From the NCBI RefSeq assembly GCF_000143415.4, contig NW_003314302.1, positions 1,181,820 through 1,245,819 on the forward strand: a stretch of 64,000 nt of DNA, read 5' to 3'. The notes below the pieces were generated by a model. It searched no databases. It was not told the DNA's origin and worked only from the letters and a program-made list of their open reading frames with translations. Origin of the DNA: Selaginella moellendorffii. Its lineage: Eukaryota > Plantae > Lycopodiophyta. Of this stretch, positions 1 to 13,100 are shown piece after piece (positions within the stretch are counted from its first letter, which is position 1; the number at the start of each line of letters is the position of its first letter). The position numbers and the translations under genes were made by a program.

Positions 1-660
1 GAGTTGCCTCTCCAATGGCCCAGACATGAAGCCCGCCTTGTCTCTCTCCAGGGGCCCGGACAGGAACCCCCGCTCCAGAGGACCCGACATGAACGCCCTC
101 TCCAGCGGGCCGGATAGAAATCCCCTCTCGAGCGGCCCCGAGCAAGAGCCTGACGATCCAGTGATGGGTCCCGAGTGAGCAATTCCCCTGGGTATCGGCT
201 GGAGTGGCAGCGCTGTAAACGATGGCGTGCTCTCGAACGCCGCGGCCGGGACACTGGAGAAGGCGGTGAAGCTATCGAGCAAAGGGGCCGACCTGGAAGT
301 GGAGGTGTTGGCGCTGACGGACGCCCCCGAGATGGCCTTGAAAGAGGTCTCGGAGATGGTACACTTGAGCGCGTTCTTGCTGATCCTGGGCATCGCCGGC
401 GCCTGCTCCTCCGCCTCCACGCTCGACCCAAATGGCTCCGAGTCGGTGTGGATGGACGAGCTCGTCGAGTGGGAGAAGGGATAGTCCCCGGACTGGTGCT
501 GGGCGGGCGAGCTGGCGGAGGAGTCCAATGTAGGCCTGATGTAGCAGAAGGAGTGGCCGAGGCCTTCATCGAGAGGATGATCCGAGAGCACAATTCCCGC
601 CCCATCGTGCTCCCGCCTGGGAACGAAGCAGCTCACCACTCTTGAGACGCTGTTTCCCAT
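1..660 (-). CDS. POL/PLL: POLTERGEIST/PLL-family protein phosphatase 2C, N-terminal part (runs off the window start)
   Basis: Manual translation from ATG at 660: MGNSVSRVVSCF (myristoylation/palmitoylation-type N-terminus), LDEGLGHSFCY, ETSFKAISGASVSANTST, FESTPSFTALPLQPIPR and five SGPLER repeats, all POL/PLL hallmarks. Missing from the ORF track because no stop lies in the window. Confidence 0.93.
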   Translation of the reverse strand, partial: MGNSVSRVVSCFVPRREHDGAGIVLSDHPLDEGLGHSFCYIRPTLDSSASSPAQHQSGDYPFSHSTSSSIHTDSEPFGSSVEAEEQAPAMPRISKNALKCTISETSFKAISGASVSANTSTSRSAPLLDSFTAFSSVPAAAFESTPSFTALPLQPIPRGIAHSGPITGSSGSCSGPLERGFLSGPLERAFMSGPLERGFLSGPLERDKAGFMSGPLERQL

Positions 661-1152
661 GATCACATCCTCCCTCTGCCTCTTCGGCCCTCGCTCGGCC
701 TCCGTTTGGATCGCTGCTAGCCTTCACAAACCCTGCCGCTGCCTCTACCGCTGCTGCTGCCGCTAGATCCAATCCCCCCGCGGCTCATGAAAGAAGAAAT
801 CCCCGGCATCACTCTCTATCTGGAGGAGGGAGGAGAGATCGAGCAGCCGGGGAGAGTAAAAGCCGGATCACTGCGAAATATTACGCGAGCGTTGCGCGAG
901 AATCTGCGAAATCCCGCGAGAAATCGGCGACGCGCAGAGGACGCATTCCGGGCGCTGCAAACATCTTACCTCGGGAATCACAAAACCCTAGCGCGCCGCG
1001 ACGCATTCCCCCTCCACGCAGCTCCCAGTCAATCTGGCGATTCAGCGCCCGATGCCGCAGCGCCTAGCGCCTAGCTGCGCGCTCCTCTCGAAACCCTAGC
1101 TCTCCTCCATCGCCATAGCTAGCGTAGAACACACACACTATCTATAAAAACT

Positions 1153-1154
<2 letters not shown>

Positions 1155-1184
<30 letters not shown>
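1155..1184. repeat. (CA)n microsatellite upstream of the POL/PLL gene
   Basis: Directly visible run of about 14 CA units. Confidence 0.95.
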
Positions 1185-1185
<1 letters not shown>

Positions 1186-2573
1186 CGCAGCCAAAGCTCT
1201 CTTCTATATCACCATAGCCGAGTTTTTTTGCGTCTTCCTTTATTTTTCTTTTCTTAACTCCACTTGCACTGACGTTTTTGACGGTTTTGATAGTTGACGG
1301 GCTGACGGGCTGACTGGCGCTCTTGCCCGTCAGCCGTCACCTTTCCGACAAGCGCATTTCCCGGCGCCAGAGATTCGTTTCTTACAAATGACGGTCAAAG
1401 GTAATTTCTGGACGGACGTTATGCTGCTTAGCTTAATGGAATGGCCGCATTAGCGTTAATCGATCCTCTTTAATTCGGTTTTCAGCTTTCACGCGCCGCT
1501 TGGAATTCGTAAATCTCTCCCAACATTTTTTAGTGGCCTTCTCGTTGAGCGAACCTTTTGGAAAATTTTAATCGCGTCGATCTCCGTGAAGATTCATGCT
1601 ATAAGATCAAGAGAACAGCGAGGCGAGATCACGATACAAAAGCAGAAGTAAAAAAAAAGAAACTCACTTGCGATCACGAACAATTCTCTGGAAGCTTACG
1701 CACCTCTTCCTCCAAGCCAATCCTTTGACTTCGAACGATCAATCAGCCTGGCATAAACAATCGATTTTTCAGCTTGAGACTTCAACCGAAGTTTGGTGGT
1801 GCTCTTACGGCTATGCTCCATTTCTTTGACTTGATTCATTCTCGCAATTAATACGCCCATCCATGACGGATAAAGCTGCGTGTCCTGTGCCTCTGACTTT
1901 CGTTTGGAGAAAAGGAGCTTCGGCCAACCTGCACAGAGGACCTGAGAACCGGGAGCAAAATCTCCAAACACATCGAAATTCAAAGATACATGCCTGCTTT
2001 CACGCTCCAAGCGTCGCCAAGTAAGCCGCCCCTTTTCCTTTTCGACTTCATCTTTCTCGCGAACAGCAACAGCAGCAGCAGCAACACATCTCTCACCCTG
2101 GACCAAGTAGGTGACAAGTCGCTTCGCGCTGTTTGCGGCACAGGGTGGCGAGCTGCTTTGATATATTCGGGAAAAAACTCCCGCAGAATCTGCAAGAATT
2201 TCCCTCCGCAAAGTCCAAATGCTCACTCGATAAGTAGCTGTATTGATAACAACGCAGCGAGCACGCAGAACGTACCTGTAGCTTTCTAGAAGTCGATGCA
2301 TCAAAGCGTAACTTGCGTCACGGGCCCGTTTTAAAGGAGTCAACTCTGCTTCCGTCACTCCACCGCAAAGAGGAGGAGAAATATAAAAAAGACTAGCTGC
2401 AAAAGTGTGATTCCCTCCCTAGGCACAGGGAAGGAATACACAGGGCCCCATTTAACAATGAGCTTCGGCCTGAGACAAGCAAACCAAAGTGCACAATCAA
2501 TCAGCTTGAACCAACCCGGCGATGGATTTCTTGAAAAGAGAGAGTCAAAAAAAGAGCTTTACCCAAAGGAAAA

Positions 2574-4022
2574 CTAGGACGCTTTCTTCTTTTTGGAGAC
2601 ACCAGAGTATCGCTGATATATGACCGTGCTAGAGATGACCATTGGCATCGCCACTAGCACGTAGATGGAGGGCGGAATGTCCTCGAGAGCAAATTGCAAG
2701 AGCGCCGTGACCACCAGAGCAGACACTATAACAAAGCCCTGCAACAAAAGCAAGTGTGTGTGTGTGAGAGAGTGTGGGTGCTCCACTACGGCGACAGAAA
2801 ATAGAAACATAGATTTATTTTTTCTTTCTCTTCTTCGTACCTTTCGAACCCCACCAGCATATGTTGTCACTAAGCCAACTAAGATCCCACCAAATGCATT
2901 TGTAAAGAGTGGGAGCTGCAACAGGATGCGCACATAAGTGTCGCAAGATTGAAGAATCCACACGACTTACAAGGGTGAGCGTGGTCCATCCGGAAAAGTA
3001 ACCACGCCGCCGGATCGCTTCTCCGTCGGGCGACTTAAGCAAGCTGGCGATGAGAAACAGACTTCCGAAAGTTGACATCTCAACAGTCATCAAGTACGTG
3101 CTTCTACGCTTCACCTGGCACAGGATCCCGAGATAGTGAGGCACGAGAAATAATAAAAGAGGGGAAGGGAATGATGTACCTGGGCGGCCCATTGGCAAAG
3201 TGTCGATGCCAACCCGGAGAGCATTGAAGCAACTAGGATCGGAATTACGCCAAGTATTAAAGTCGACTCCGGATCGACATCAGCGGAGCTTTTGGAGCTT
3301 TTCTGACCAAAACTAAGCAGAACAGCGGCCGAGACTAGCAAGAGCAAAGCACCAATTTGCTGTTTTGTCTGCGTAATCCTGTGAAGAATAACACACATGA
3401 TCACTCGCGAAAAATGGAAATTGGAAGAAATGAATCCTTACCCGAGTAGAAAGAACATGAACACTGCTGTAAAAAGAAGTTTTGTTTGGTTGAGCAAGGA
3501 AAACGTAAGCGAATCGAGGTGACGATACGAGAGCTGCAAGAGAGTGTTTTGCACAGCATAAATTCCTGCTGGAAGAGCTGACGCTGTCAATGCGTCAATA
3601 GCGTTCCATTCCTTGTGAAGTCTCCAAATACTTCCATCGAGAAACATAAAAACGAGCGCAAACACAGTCTGTGCGATCACACTAAAACTTAACAACGGAC
3701 GGAAAAAGCAAAGAAGAAAAAAATTCCTTTCGATTCGACAATGGACATACCTTTGCAATCTCACATCCAAGCACCGTCGTGGAGATGATCACCTCCTTCC
3801 TACACCAGATCCGCGATCGCGATGAATCACGATTGATGGAGGATCCAAAGGGACGAAATCTTACCCGCTATAGCGCTTGGAGATGATCGGCTGGATGCCG
3901 TATTGGAGCGCGAGCAGCGCCATGTATGGCCAAGCGCGGCGCTGGGGCTCCATTTCCGCCCTAGAATCGCTGTCGGCCGCCTGGGAAGCGCCATCGCCAC
4001 GCCCTCGCCTTCTCAGCTCCAT
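2574..4022 (-). CDS. ROCK1: ER nucleotide-sugar (UDP-GlcNAc/GalNAc-type) transporter, ROCK1-like, multi-exon
   Basis: Spliced translation MELRRRG...LALQYGIQPIISKR|KEVIISTTVLGCEIAK|...ASALPAGIYAVQNTLLQLSYRHLDSLTFSLLNQTK...|SGLASTLCQWAAQ|VKRRSTYLMTVEMS...|NAFGGILVGLVTTYAGGVRK|GFVIVSALVVTALLQF...KKKKAS*. GT-AG introns (e.g. 3864-3800) and a C-terminal dilysine ER signal. Matches Arabidopsis ROCK1 motifs as recalled. Confidence 0.9.
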
Positions 4023-4914
4023 TGAGGTCAATAATATTCCAGCAGGATATTCGACCCGCTTCTTTTTGTTAAAAGGATCCGTAACACTTAGCCCTAAAGT
4101 TGACCAAAATATTCTAGAGGAATATTCTACCTGACCGTTGACTATATAGAATTCACTCTAACGATGCGTTTCCCAACTGTGGACGAAGAGGCGTTCGCCT
4201 TGAAGTTTAGGATTGTACAAGAAATGCAAAATAATGATTCGCACAAGTACTTTGGCATGATTGAGAAGGCCAAGTTGAAGATGGTCAGATATCACCGATT
4301 GTGATCATCTGCCCCGAGGACTCAGGCAAGACCATGATCTGCAAGAGCTCTGTGATATTGTTTCTGTTTTCCTGATGGACCTGACATCATCGTGGTCTTT
4401 TGTTCATCTGATAGCTTCTTCCAGACGTAAGATGAGTGGAAGCTCCAGTGCCGTGTCTTGGGTTTGGGAAATCTTGACGATGCTACAGAGTTCTGCCAGA
4501 ATCACTGCTCGCTCGGTTTGGAGCCCATGGAACCTTGGGAGAGTTCATGGAAGGATACGTTTCCGAGTTATAGGTAAGCCCTTAGAAAAGATGGAGATCA
4601 ATGTTTTGACTATTTCCTAGATTGCTCAATTGGCTCTGATTTCTCATGGGCGGACGCGATAGAGTGATTGATGTTTTGGCCAAACCAAGTTTAATAGCAA
4701 CAACAGGAACCTAGTTTATGAATTTTATCGTAGTGAAGAATGGACTAGACGGTGAAAGCTCTGTCCGCTAATGAAGAAATACTTGAGCTTGATTAAATTA
4801 ATGAATATTTGGATTTATAAAAGTATAATTAATTATTATCAATAATATAAGGATTTAAGAAAGTTAATAATAATAATAAACATTAATACTGAAAAATTAG
4901 GTCAAGGCTGTGCT

Positions 4915-7136
4915 ATGACGAATATTCTACAAGCATCTTGTGCTCGTGGATTGCCTCCTCGTGTTCTCACAAGCCCCGTTCGTTCTCTGCGTCTAGGGTT
5001 GTTCAAGTTCTCTGGGGGGAAGCTAGTCTCTGGGGGGAAACGAGCTGCGGTAGCTTGCCACGCGCATTCTTCACTCGGTATGTGAATCCTGCTGTGCGTT
5101 GCGTTTTGATCCAGGATTATCACAGATGCGGCAGCTGTTCCTCAAGCTCCAGAGTTTGTGATTGCCAATGCCAATGGCGTCGCTGCTACCACCGGCGCTT
5201 CTCATTCGACTGTTAGCATCACAATCGTCGGGGCATCCGGTGATCTTGCAAAGAAGAAGATATTTCCGGCCCTCTTTGCATTGTTCTACGACGGCCATCT
5301 TCCCCAGGTACGAACGAATCCATCGTTTTTATTTTCACAAGGTTTTGTGGCTTAAAGAAGCGTCTCTTACGTAGAGCAGCATTTTACAGTGTGTGGCTAC
5401 GCCAGGAGCAAGATGACCGACGAAGAGTTGCGATTGAAAATCAGTGGCAATCTAACTTGCCGGATCGATAGAAGGTTTGCGTGAAGTGTTTATCATGGTA
5501 CCTAGAACGACTTATTCTGTTCTTTCCTACAGTGAAAACTGTGGAGACAAGATGGAGGAATTCTTGAAACGCTGTTTCTATCACCCTGGCCAATATGACT
5601 CGCTTGAGAATTTCGCTCAGCTAAATGAGAAGCTCAAAGGCCACGAGGTATCTAGTTTTTCCGTGCTGTTACAACTTGCGAGGATTTTACTCTCTGTTTT
5701 CTTTTTCTTTGATGCAGCAAGGAAGAATTGCACACCGCTTGTTCTACTTATCAGTTCCTCCCAATGTCTTCGTGGACGCAGCAAAGTGTGGCAGTCTCGC
5801 TGCCTCATCGTCAACAGGATGGACTCGTGTGATTGTGGAGAAGCCATTTGGCCGTGATTCGGAATCTAGCGCACAGCTAACAAGTGGACTTAAGCAGTAC
5901 TTGAATGAAGATCAAATATATCGGTAAGAAGGTATTTCTCTTACTTGGCTTGATAGTCTCTTCTTTTTTCGTACAGCATCGATCACTATCTTGGAAAGGA
6001 ACTTGTTGAAAATCTCTCGGTTCTCCGGTTCTCCAATCTGGTGTTTGAACCTCTGTGGTCGAGAAAATACATTCGAAACGTGCAGATTATTTTCGCTGAG
6101 GACTTTGGTACCGAAGGACGAGGAGGGTGTGTAGGCTTCACGCATCTTTTTTGTTTGTAAAACGACTTAACATTTCTTCCAGGTACTTTGATCGCTACGG
6201 CATCATTCGAGACATCATGCAAAACCACTTACTCCAGATTGTAGCCCTGTTTGCAATGGAGCCTCCAGTAAGCTTAGATGCGGAAGACGTGAGAAACGAA
6301 AAAGTAAGCTAAACTTTTGCCCTGGTATGAAGAGATTTTACTCGTTTTCTCCAGGTAAAAGTTGTAAGGTCTATGAGGCCTCTAAGTATCGAAGATACTG
6401 CTGTTGGTCAGTACAAAGGTTACTCCAAAGACGGTGTTAGATTTCCCGGCTACACAGACGATTCCACCGTGCCCAAGAACAGCATCACTCCAACGTTTGC
6501 AGCGGCAGCTCTCTTCATAGACAATGCTCGTTGGGATGGCGTGCCATTTCTTATGAAAGCCGGAAAAGCTTTGCAAACCAGACGGTACGTAAAATTGCTG
6601 CATTCTGGATTCCGCAAAGTTTCATATTTTGTTTCGTGTGTGGTTCACAGGACCGAGATTCGAGTTCAGTTTAGACACGTCCCTGGAAATCTTTTCAAGC
6701 GGAACCTCGGTACGGAATTAGACAAAGCCACCAACGAGCTAGTGATTCGAGTCCAGCCAGACGAAGCCATTTATCTCAAGATCAACAACAAAGTCCCGGG
6801 GCTGGGAATGAGACTCGATCGAAGCACTCTGGACCTCCTCTACGCAGACAGGTAGAACGAGCTAACAGTTTAATTCTTTTTTACGAGCTATGTAACAGAT
6901 ACTCGAAAGAAATCCCTGATGCTTACGAGCGATTGCTGCTGGATGCCATCGCTGGAGAGCGCCGTCTCTTCATCAGGAGCGATGAACTGGACGCGGCGTG
7001 GAAGATTTTCACTCCTCTTCTTAAAGATCTCGAGAGAAAGAAGACGGCGCCCGAGTTATACCCGTACGGAAGCCGGGGTCCCGTGGGAGCTCACTATCTC
7101 GCGGCCAAGCACAACGTGAAGTGGGGCGATGTTTAG
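4915..7136 (+). CDS. G6PD: Plastidic glucose-6-phosphate dehydrogenase, intact multi-exon gene
   Basis: ATG 4915 opens a Ser/Arg-rich transit-peptide-like exon, spliced via 5078-5125. Motifs: [21 protein letters not shown] (plastid redox Cys pair), [38 protein letters not shown]. Stop TAG ends at 7136. Confidence 0.96.
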
Positions 7137-10100
7137 AAAAGCGCTAATTTTGAAATATTCAACTTTGGAGATCCAACGTGGACGCGCATTTAAAGAGAGG
7201 TGTGCCGTCCGATCGGCGTGGCAATGGCGATCAAGCCTAGGGCATTGGGAGGTTCGCTCGGAGAATTTTGCTCGCTACTGCATTAGATTAAGGCGGAGGT
7301 AAGTTAAGCGTGTTTCTTAATTGCCCTCTTTCTTTCTTTTCAAAAGAGAGGCGGATGACACACGAAATTGGACAACAAATGGCCACAGCAATCGTGTTAG
7401 CAATGGCTTTTTGTTTTATGTGTTTACAGGTTGACATGCCCAAGAGTAATAAGATAGATGCTGTTGTTGATGAGGTGGTGATTTGGATTGTGCTTTCAAG
7501 ACTTACAGTGTTATGTATGTGTTTTAGGTGAGGTAGAGCTAGTAGTTGATTCTCTCGTGTAAGGTCTTGTCTATTGTTCAAGAGTAGTGAAATGAACAAG
7601 AGAGTGAACCCTAGGCTAACCTCCCAACCCTTAAGGTGTTATGGCCTTAAATCCCACAGGAATAGAATATTCTCAAAATATTCCTGTGGTTCGTGTCATT
7701 TTCCCCTCCCTTATGACCTAACCACATACAATAGCATTGAGAAGCTAAACAAGCCTCACATAAAGGGAGTCCAAGGCAATACAACCATGAAGAAAAGATG
7801 TGCAAATGGCAATACCAATGTCGCGACAAATGGCCATGAAAGAAGGAAAGCAATTCGGCTTTCTCACATGACAATATGGTCATGGAAACAAGAGAATGAG
7901 AATAGAACAAACGGCTCAAATCATATAACAATACAGCTATAAAACTCAATTCTCCCCTTCCTCAAGAATATCATCCAAGTCATAACCAAAACTTGGAAAC
8001 ACTTTCTTCATGTCATCCTTAGTTTCCTATATAGCTTTGTCCATGGAATAACCATTCCATTGAACTAACAACTCCCTAGTTGTCTTCCGGCTTGTTCTCA
8101 CCAATCTTTGAGCAAGAATATTGGCCAGACCAGCCTTCTCTGCATCAATCTCTAGGATCTGGATGATGGATTAATACATGACATCACCAAAGTGCAAACA
8201 CGCTTTAAGCTTGCTCACTAGAATGTTGGATGAATCTTCGAACTAACTAGCAAGTCTAAAGTGTATGCAAGATCCCCTATATGCTGTAAAATTGTCCAAG
8301 GCCCACAATACCGTGAAGACAACTTAGCACTGCCACCTCCTTTTAGAGACCATTGTGCATCCAACAGCTTAAGGAAAATCTTGTCACCAACTTTGTGCTC
8401 TTGATGACGATGATCCTCATCAGCCAATCTTTTGTCTTGCTCTTGAGCTTGCCCCATGTTCAACTTTGCCAACTCAAGCTTGTTTTGCATATCCTCCAAG
8501 AAATCACAAGCATGAGGTACTCGAACCAAAGCCAAATTCAAACTCACTGGAGACTTAGGCTCATAGCCATACATTGCCATAAATGGAGACATGCCAATAG
8601 CTTATTGATGAGTGCTATTATGAGCAAACTGAAGCAAAGGCAAGTATTTTTCCCATACTCCCTGTCGAGTTAAGTTTCCCACAAAAGACCTTAGCATATC
8701 TTCTAAAAGCTAATTTATGCACTCTATCTGCTCATCAAATTGTGGATGCTCACCACTACTCATACTCAGCTTAGTCTCTAGCTTCTCAAAGACCACTTGC
8801 CAAAACTTAGACGTGAACTTGGGATCCTAATCACTCACAATGTCACCCGGCAAACCATAGAGGTTGAATAATTGGTCTACAAATGATTGAGCAAGTTCAA
8901 AAGCTTTTATAGTCATCTTCACGGGGAAGAAGTGAGCCATTTTCATCAAATGATCCACAACAACCCAAATAGCATCATTTCCTCGAAAGGTTTTGGGCAA
9001 ACCAGTGATAAGGTCTATCGAGATGCTATCCCACTTATTCTCGGGTACACATAAAAGATGTAGAGGCCAGTGAGCTTCTGATGATCAACTTTAACTGCCT
9101 AGCAGGTCAAACAACCATGTATGTACTTCTCAACATCTGACTTCATCCCAGGTCAAAAGAAATGCCTCTTCACCAACATATATGTTCTCAATACCCCTGG
9201 ATGCCCAACACTTGGCACATCGTGACACTCAACCAAAATCCATTTGATAAGTTTGTCAACACGAGGGACCACTATATGTCCCTTCTTCACTAGGATTCCA
9301 TCTCGTATCTCGAATGATGTAAACTTGTCACATTTTAAATCTGTGGAGGTGTCCCTCAACAAAACCTTCATACAAATATCAGTGATAAAGGAGTCGAAGT
9401 CAGCAAACTCTTTAAGCTCATCCAAGAGATTGTTGGATAGCTTCACGAATGAGATAGAATTTACCATCCTGGATAATGCATTAGCCACCTTATTGTCACT
9501 TCCATGCTTGTACCGAATCTTAACAAACATTTCCTATAGAAATTCTTGCCAACGAGCAAGATGGCTTTGAAGATCTACATTTGGAGAGACTAATGATTTG
9601 AATCTACATGGAAGTCCAATCCATATAGGTAATGTTGCCATTCTTGAATAGGTCAATTCCACTGTGTGGCATCAAAATTATGGCTTATGAATGCGATGGC
9701 TTATAAATGCAAGAGAATGCCTAACTTGAAACAATACGGCCCCAAAAGCACTATCACTTCACATCATTGCCTATAATTTCCACCATAGTCATCTTCAGAA
9801 CAATCCTTACTCTAATGTCCAGCCCTGTGGCAACGAAAACAATTGCCCTCCACCTTATTGTAAGCAACCAAAGGGAACGACTTGAGAGATGATCTATGGG
9901 GTTCAAATATAGAGGGAAAGGGCCCATAAACAAGAGTGCACCCCCTTTTCCAATCGGTTAAGGGTCTTGGGATATTTGGGGTTAAGCGTCCTTGGGTTTG
10001 AATAGTACTGGGCTGGGTGACTTCCCGGGAAGTCCAAACTCAGGAGCTTACAATTTGGTATCGGAGCCTCTTCCTCAGTTCTAGCGAAGGATAGAGGCAG

Positions 10101-10169
10101 ATTGCTGGGAGATGGCAAGGGCAGCCTCTTCCTTAGTTCTAGCGAAGGATAGAAGCGGATTGCTGGGAG

Positions 10170-13100
10170 ATGGCAAGGGCAAGACGTAAGCGTGATGAGA
10201 AGCGGAAGAAAAAGCGAAAGACTGCGGATGCTAGCAGTGCAGAGGGTGCGGACCCTTCGGTAGGGACTCGATTGGACGTTCTAGAAGGACAATTGGCACA
10301 AACCAATGCCCTACTAGAGACTCTCATACGCAAGTTAAAGCGTGACGAGAAGCGGAAGAAAAAGCGAAAGACTGCGGATGCTAGCAGTGCAGAGGGTGCG
10401 GACCCTTCGGTAGTGACTGAGGCAGAACCAAACAAAGTCGAATAGACCGAAGTGGAATCAGTCCCTCAGGCAGTTCCCAAGTACAAACCAAAGCCCCCAT
10501 CGGTCTTCAAGGGAGTGAATGACTATAAGGTGGTGGAGGATTGGTTTTATGATATGGAGGACTACTTCCGAGCATTGCGGTTACCAAGCTTGGAGAAGGT
10601 CCTATGTGCAAAACCATACTTGGCAGATAATGCCAAGTCTTGGTGGAGAATGACAGAGGCTAACGAAGGACCAGTGGCCACTTGGGAAATGATGAAGGTG
10701 AGGATCTGCGCGATTTACGTTCCTCCGAATGCTACTCTGCATCTAAGAGACGAGCTGAGTAGGCTGAAGCAGACCGGAAGCATTCAGGAGTATGTGAATG
10801 GGTTTATGGCAAAGAGGATACTTGTCACGGACATGGGGGATATGGATGCGTTCCATGCCTTCATATCAGGTTTGCAAACCTGGGCTCGCGGAGAGGTGAT
10901 GCGGTGGAACCCGACCAACTACAAGGAAGCGTTGGATGCAGCCATCAAGGTGCATTTCAACGATAACCTGTGAAAGGGGAACACGACGGGGTCGGGGTTC
11001 ACGTTTAGCAAAGGGGCCAAACCAAGGGGAACGTATAGCCGAGGGAAATTCAAGAAGAGTTTCTCTAAGAATGAGTCCTCGGGGTTCCGGAAAGGCAAAT
11101 CCGGTGGCCAGCGAGCGAGTACGTGGGGGAGTCAAGCGAAAAGAGACAAACCCACGGATAAGAAAGTCAAGTCGTATAGCAGCGTGGGAAACAACATATG
11201 CTACAACTGCGGTGAAGCGGGACACTTTTCGAGGGAATGTCCCTACCCGAAGAAGGCCAAAGCCAATATGGCCATCAAGTCGGGTGAAGTCCAAACTGAG
11301 GTATGTGATCCAGTCCCTAACTCAAAGTTACTCATTACACGAGCAACTTTGGTAGAGAGTCGTTCGCGACATCTACTAGCCCTCCGAGGGAAGCTCGGAG
11401 GTAGCTTTGTTAAGATCCTTATTGACATGGGTGCTTCGGATAATTTTGTGGCTGCAGACATAGTTCGGCATGCCGGACTAACGGTGCAGCGGCTAGGCGA
11501 ACCAAGGATTATAGAGTTTGTTTAAGGTAGCCAAAGCACCGATGAGGTACTTCGACAAGCGAGAGTCGGAGTGGGGACTTGGAAAGTGGACATGGATTTC
11601 ACCATGTTGGACATGGCGGGATTTGACGTGATCTTCGGAATGGATTGGTTCAATCGGTTTGTGGTAGCCTTGCATGGACAAGGTAGGAACCTTGTGGTAC
11701 TGGCAAATGCCCAAGGAAGAAGATCTAGGGTGGAGGCTCAGGATCTAAAGGTAGGGCAAAGCAAGGCCAAAGATTCCTGCTTAAACCTGGTGTCCACGAG
11801 AGGACAACTCACTAAAGGAACTAAGGCAGCCTTTTTGTGCTTACTCTCGGTAAAGAGTGACAAAAAGACAAGAACAGAAGAAGTGCCTTTAGTGATCCAG
11901 CGAGTGTTGGACCAATTCCAGGATACCATGCTGGAGGAGCTACCGGCGGGGTTGCCCCCAGCACGACCGATAGAACATAAGATTGAGCTGGTCGAGGGTG
12001 CTGAGGCAGTGGTTCATCCCCCTTATCGTTTGAATGAAAAGGAACTCAAGGAGCTCAAGTGCCAACTAAAGGAGTTGGTGGACAAAGGGTATGTTAGGTT
12101 GAGCAAGTCGCCATATGAGGCGCCGGTGCTATTTGTGAAAAAGAAAGATGGATCTATGCACATGTGCATAGACTATCGGTTGCTCAACAAGTATACAAAG
12201 AAGAACAAGTACCCTTTGTCAAGGATTGAGGACCTGTTCGATAGGTTGGGAAAGGCAAAATACTTCTCGAGGATTGACCTAAGGTCAGGATACTACCAGA
12301 TCAGGGTAGCCGAGGAAGATGTGAAGAAGACAACCTGTCGAACCAGGTATGGGAGCTTTGAGTTTCTAGTGATGCCCTTCGGGCTATGTAATGTGCCGGC
12401 AACGTTTTCAACGCTAATGAACCACATCTTTGTACCCTATCTGGATCACTTCGTGGTCGTCTATATCGATGACATCCTGATCTATAGCGAGACGCTAGAG
12501 GAGCATGCTGAACACTTGGCGAAGGTGTTTGAGAAACTAAGGGAACACAAACTGTATGCTAAAGAGAACAAATGTGACTTTGCTCAACAAGAGGTAAAGT
12601 TTCTCGGGCATGTGGTGGGCCAGAACGGGCTCAAGGTGGACCCGAAGAAGGTCCAAGTGATCTAGGAATGGGAGCGACCATCAAATGTACATGAGTTGAG
12701 GGCATTCTTGGGGCTATGTAACTACTACCGAAAGTTTATCAGACACTATTCGAGAGTAGCCCTGCCCTTAACGGACCAAACAGGAAAAGGGAAGATGGTA
12801 TGGACAGCAGAATGCGAGGTGGTATTCGTCCACCTCAAAGGGAAGTTGAGGAAGGCTCCCGTGTTGGCATTACCAGACTTTGGTAAGGACTTTGAGGTAG
12901 AAACGAATGCTTCGGACTTTGCGTTGGGTGCAGTTTTGAAGCAAGACAACCATCCAGTAGCATTCTTCTCGAAGAAGTTGGACAAGGCTCAAAGGAAGTG
13001 GCCTGCCCATGAGAAGGAATTGTTTGCAGTGGTCAAGGCGCTCAAGGAGTGGCGACACTACCTTGGGAGACACTTCAAGGTTTACATGGACAATGTGGCA

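Noticed and set aside
175-645. Plus-strand ORFs 175-645 and 227-484
   Set aside because: Antisense shadows of the POL/PLL CDS.
1696-2358. 220-aa minus-strand ORF with splice-like sites
   Set aside because: No recognisable domain, non-ATG start, and trial splicing gave only a short peptide. Left uncalled pending RNA-seq or BLAST.
9981-10035. 5S rRNA gene
   Set aside because: Only the internal ~55 nt matches. The 5' part and terminator are absent, and it lies inside an LTR.
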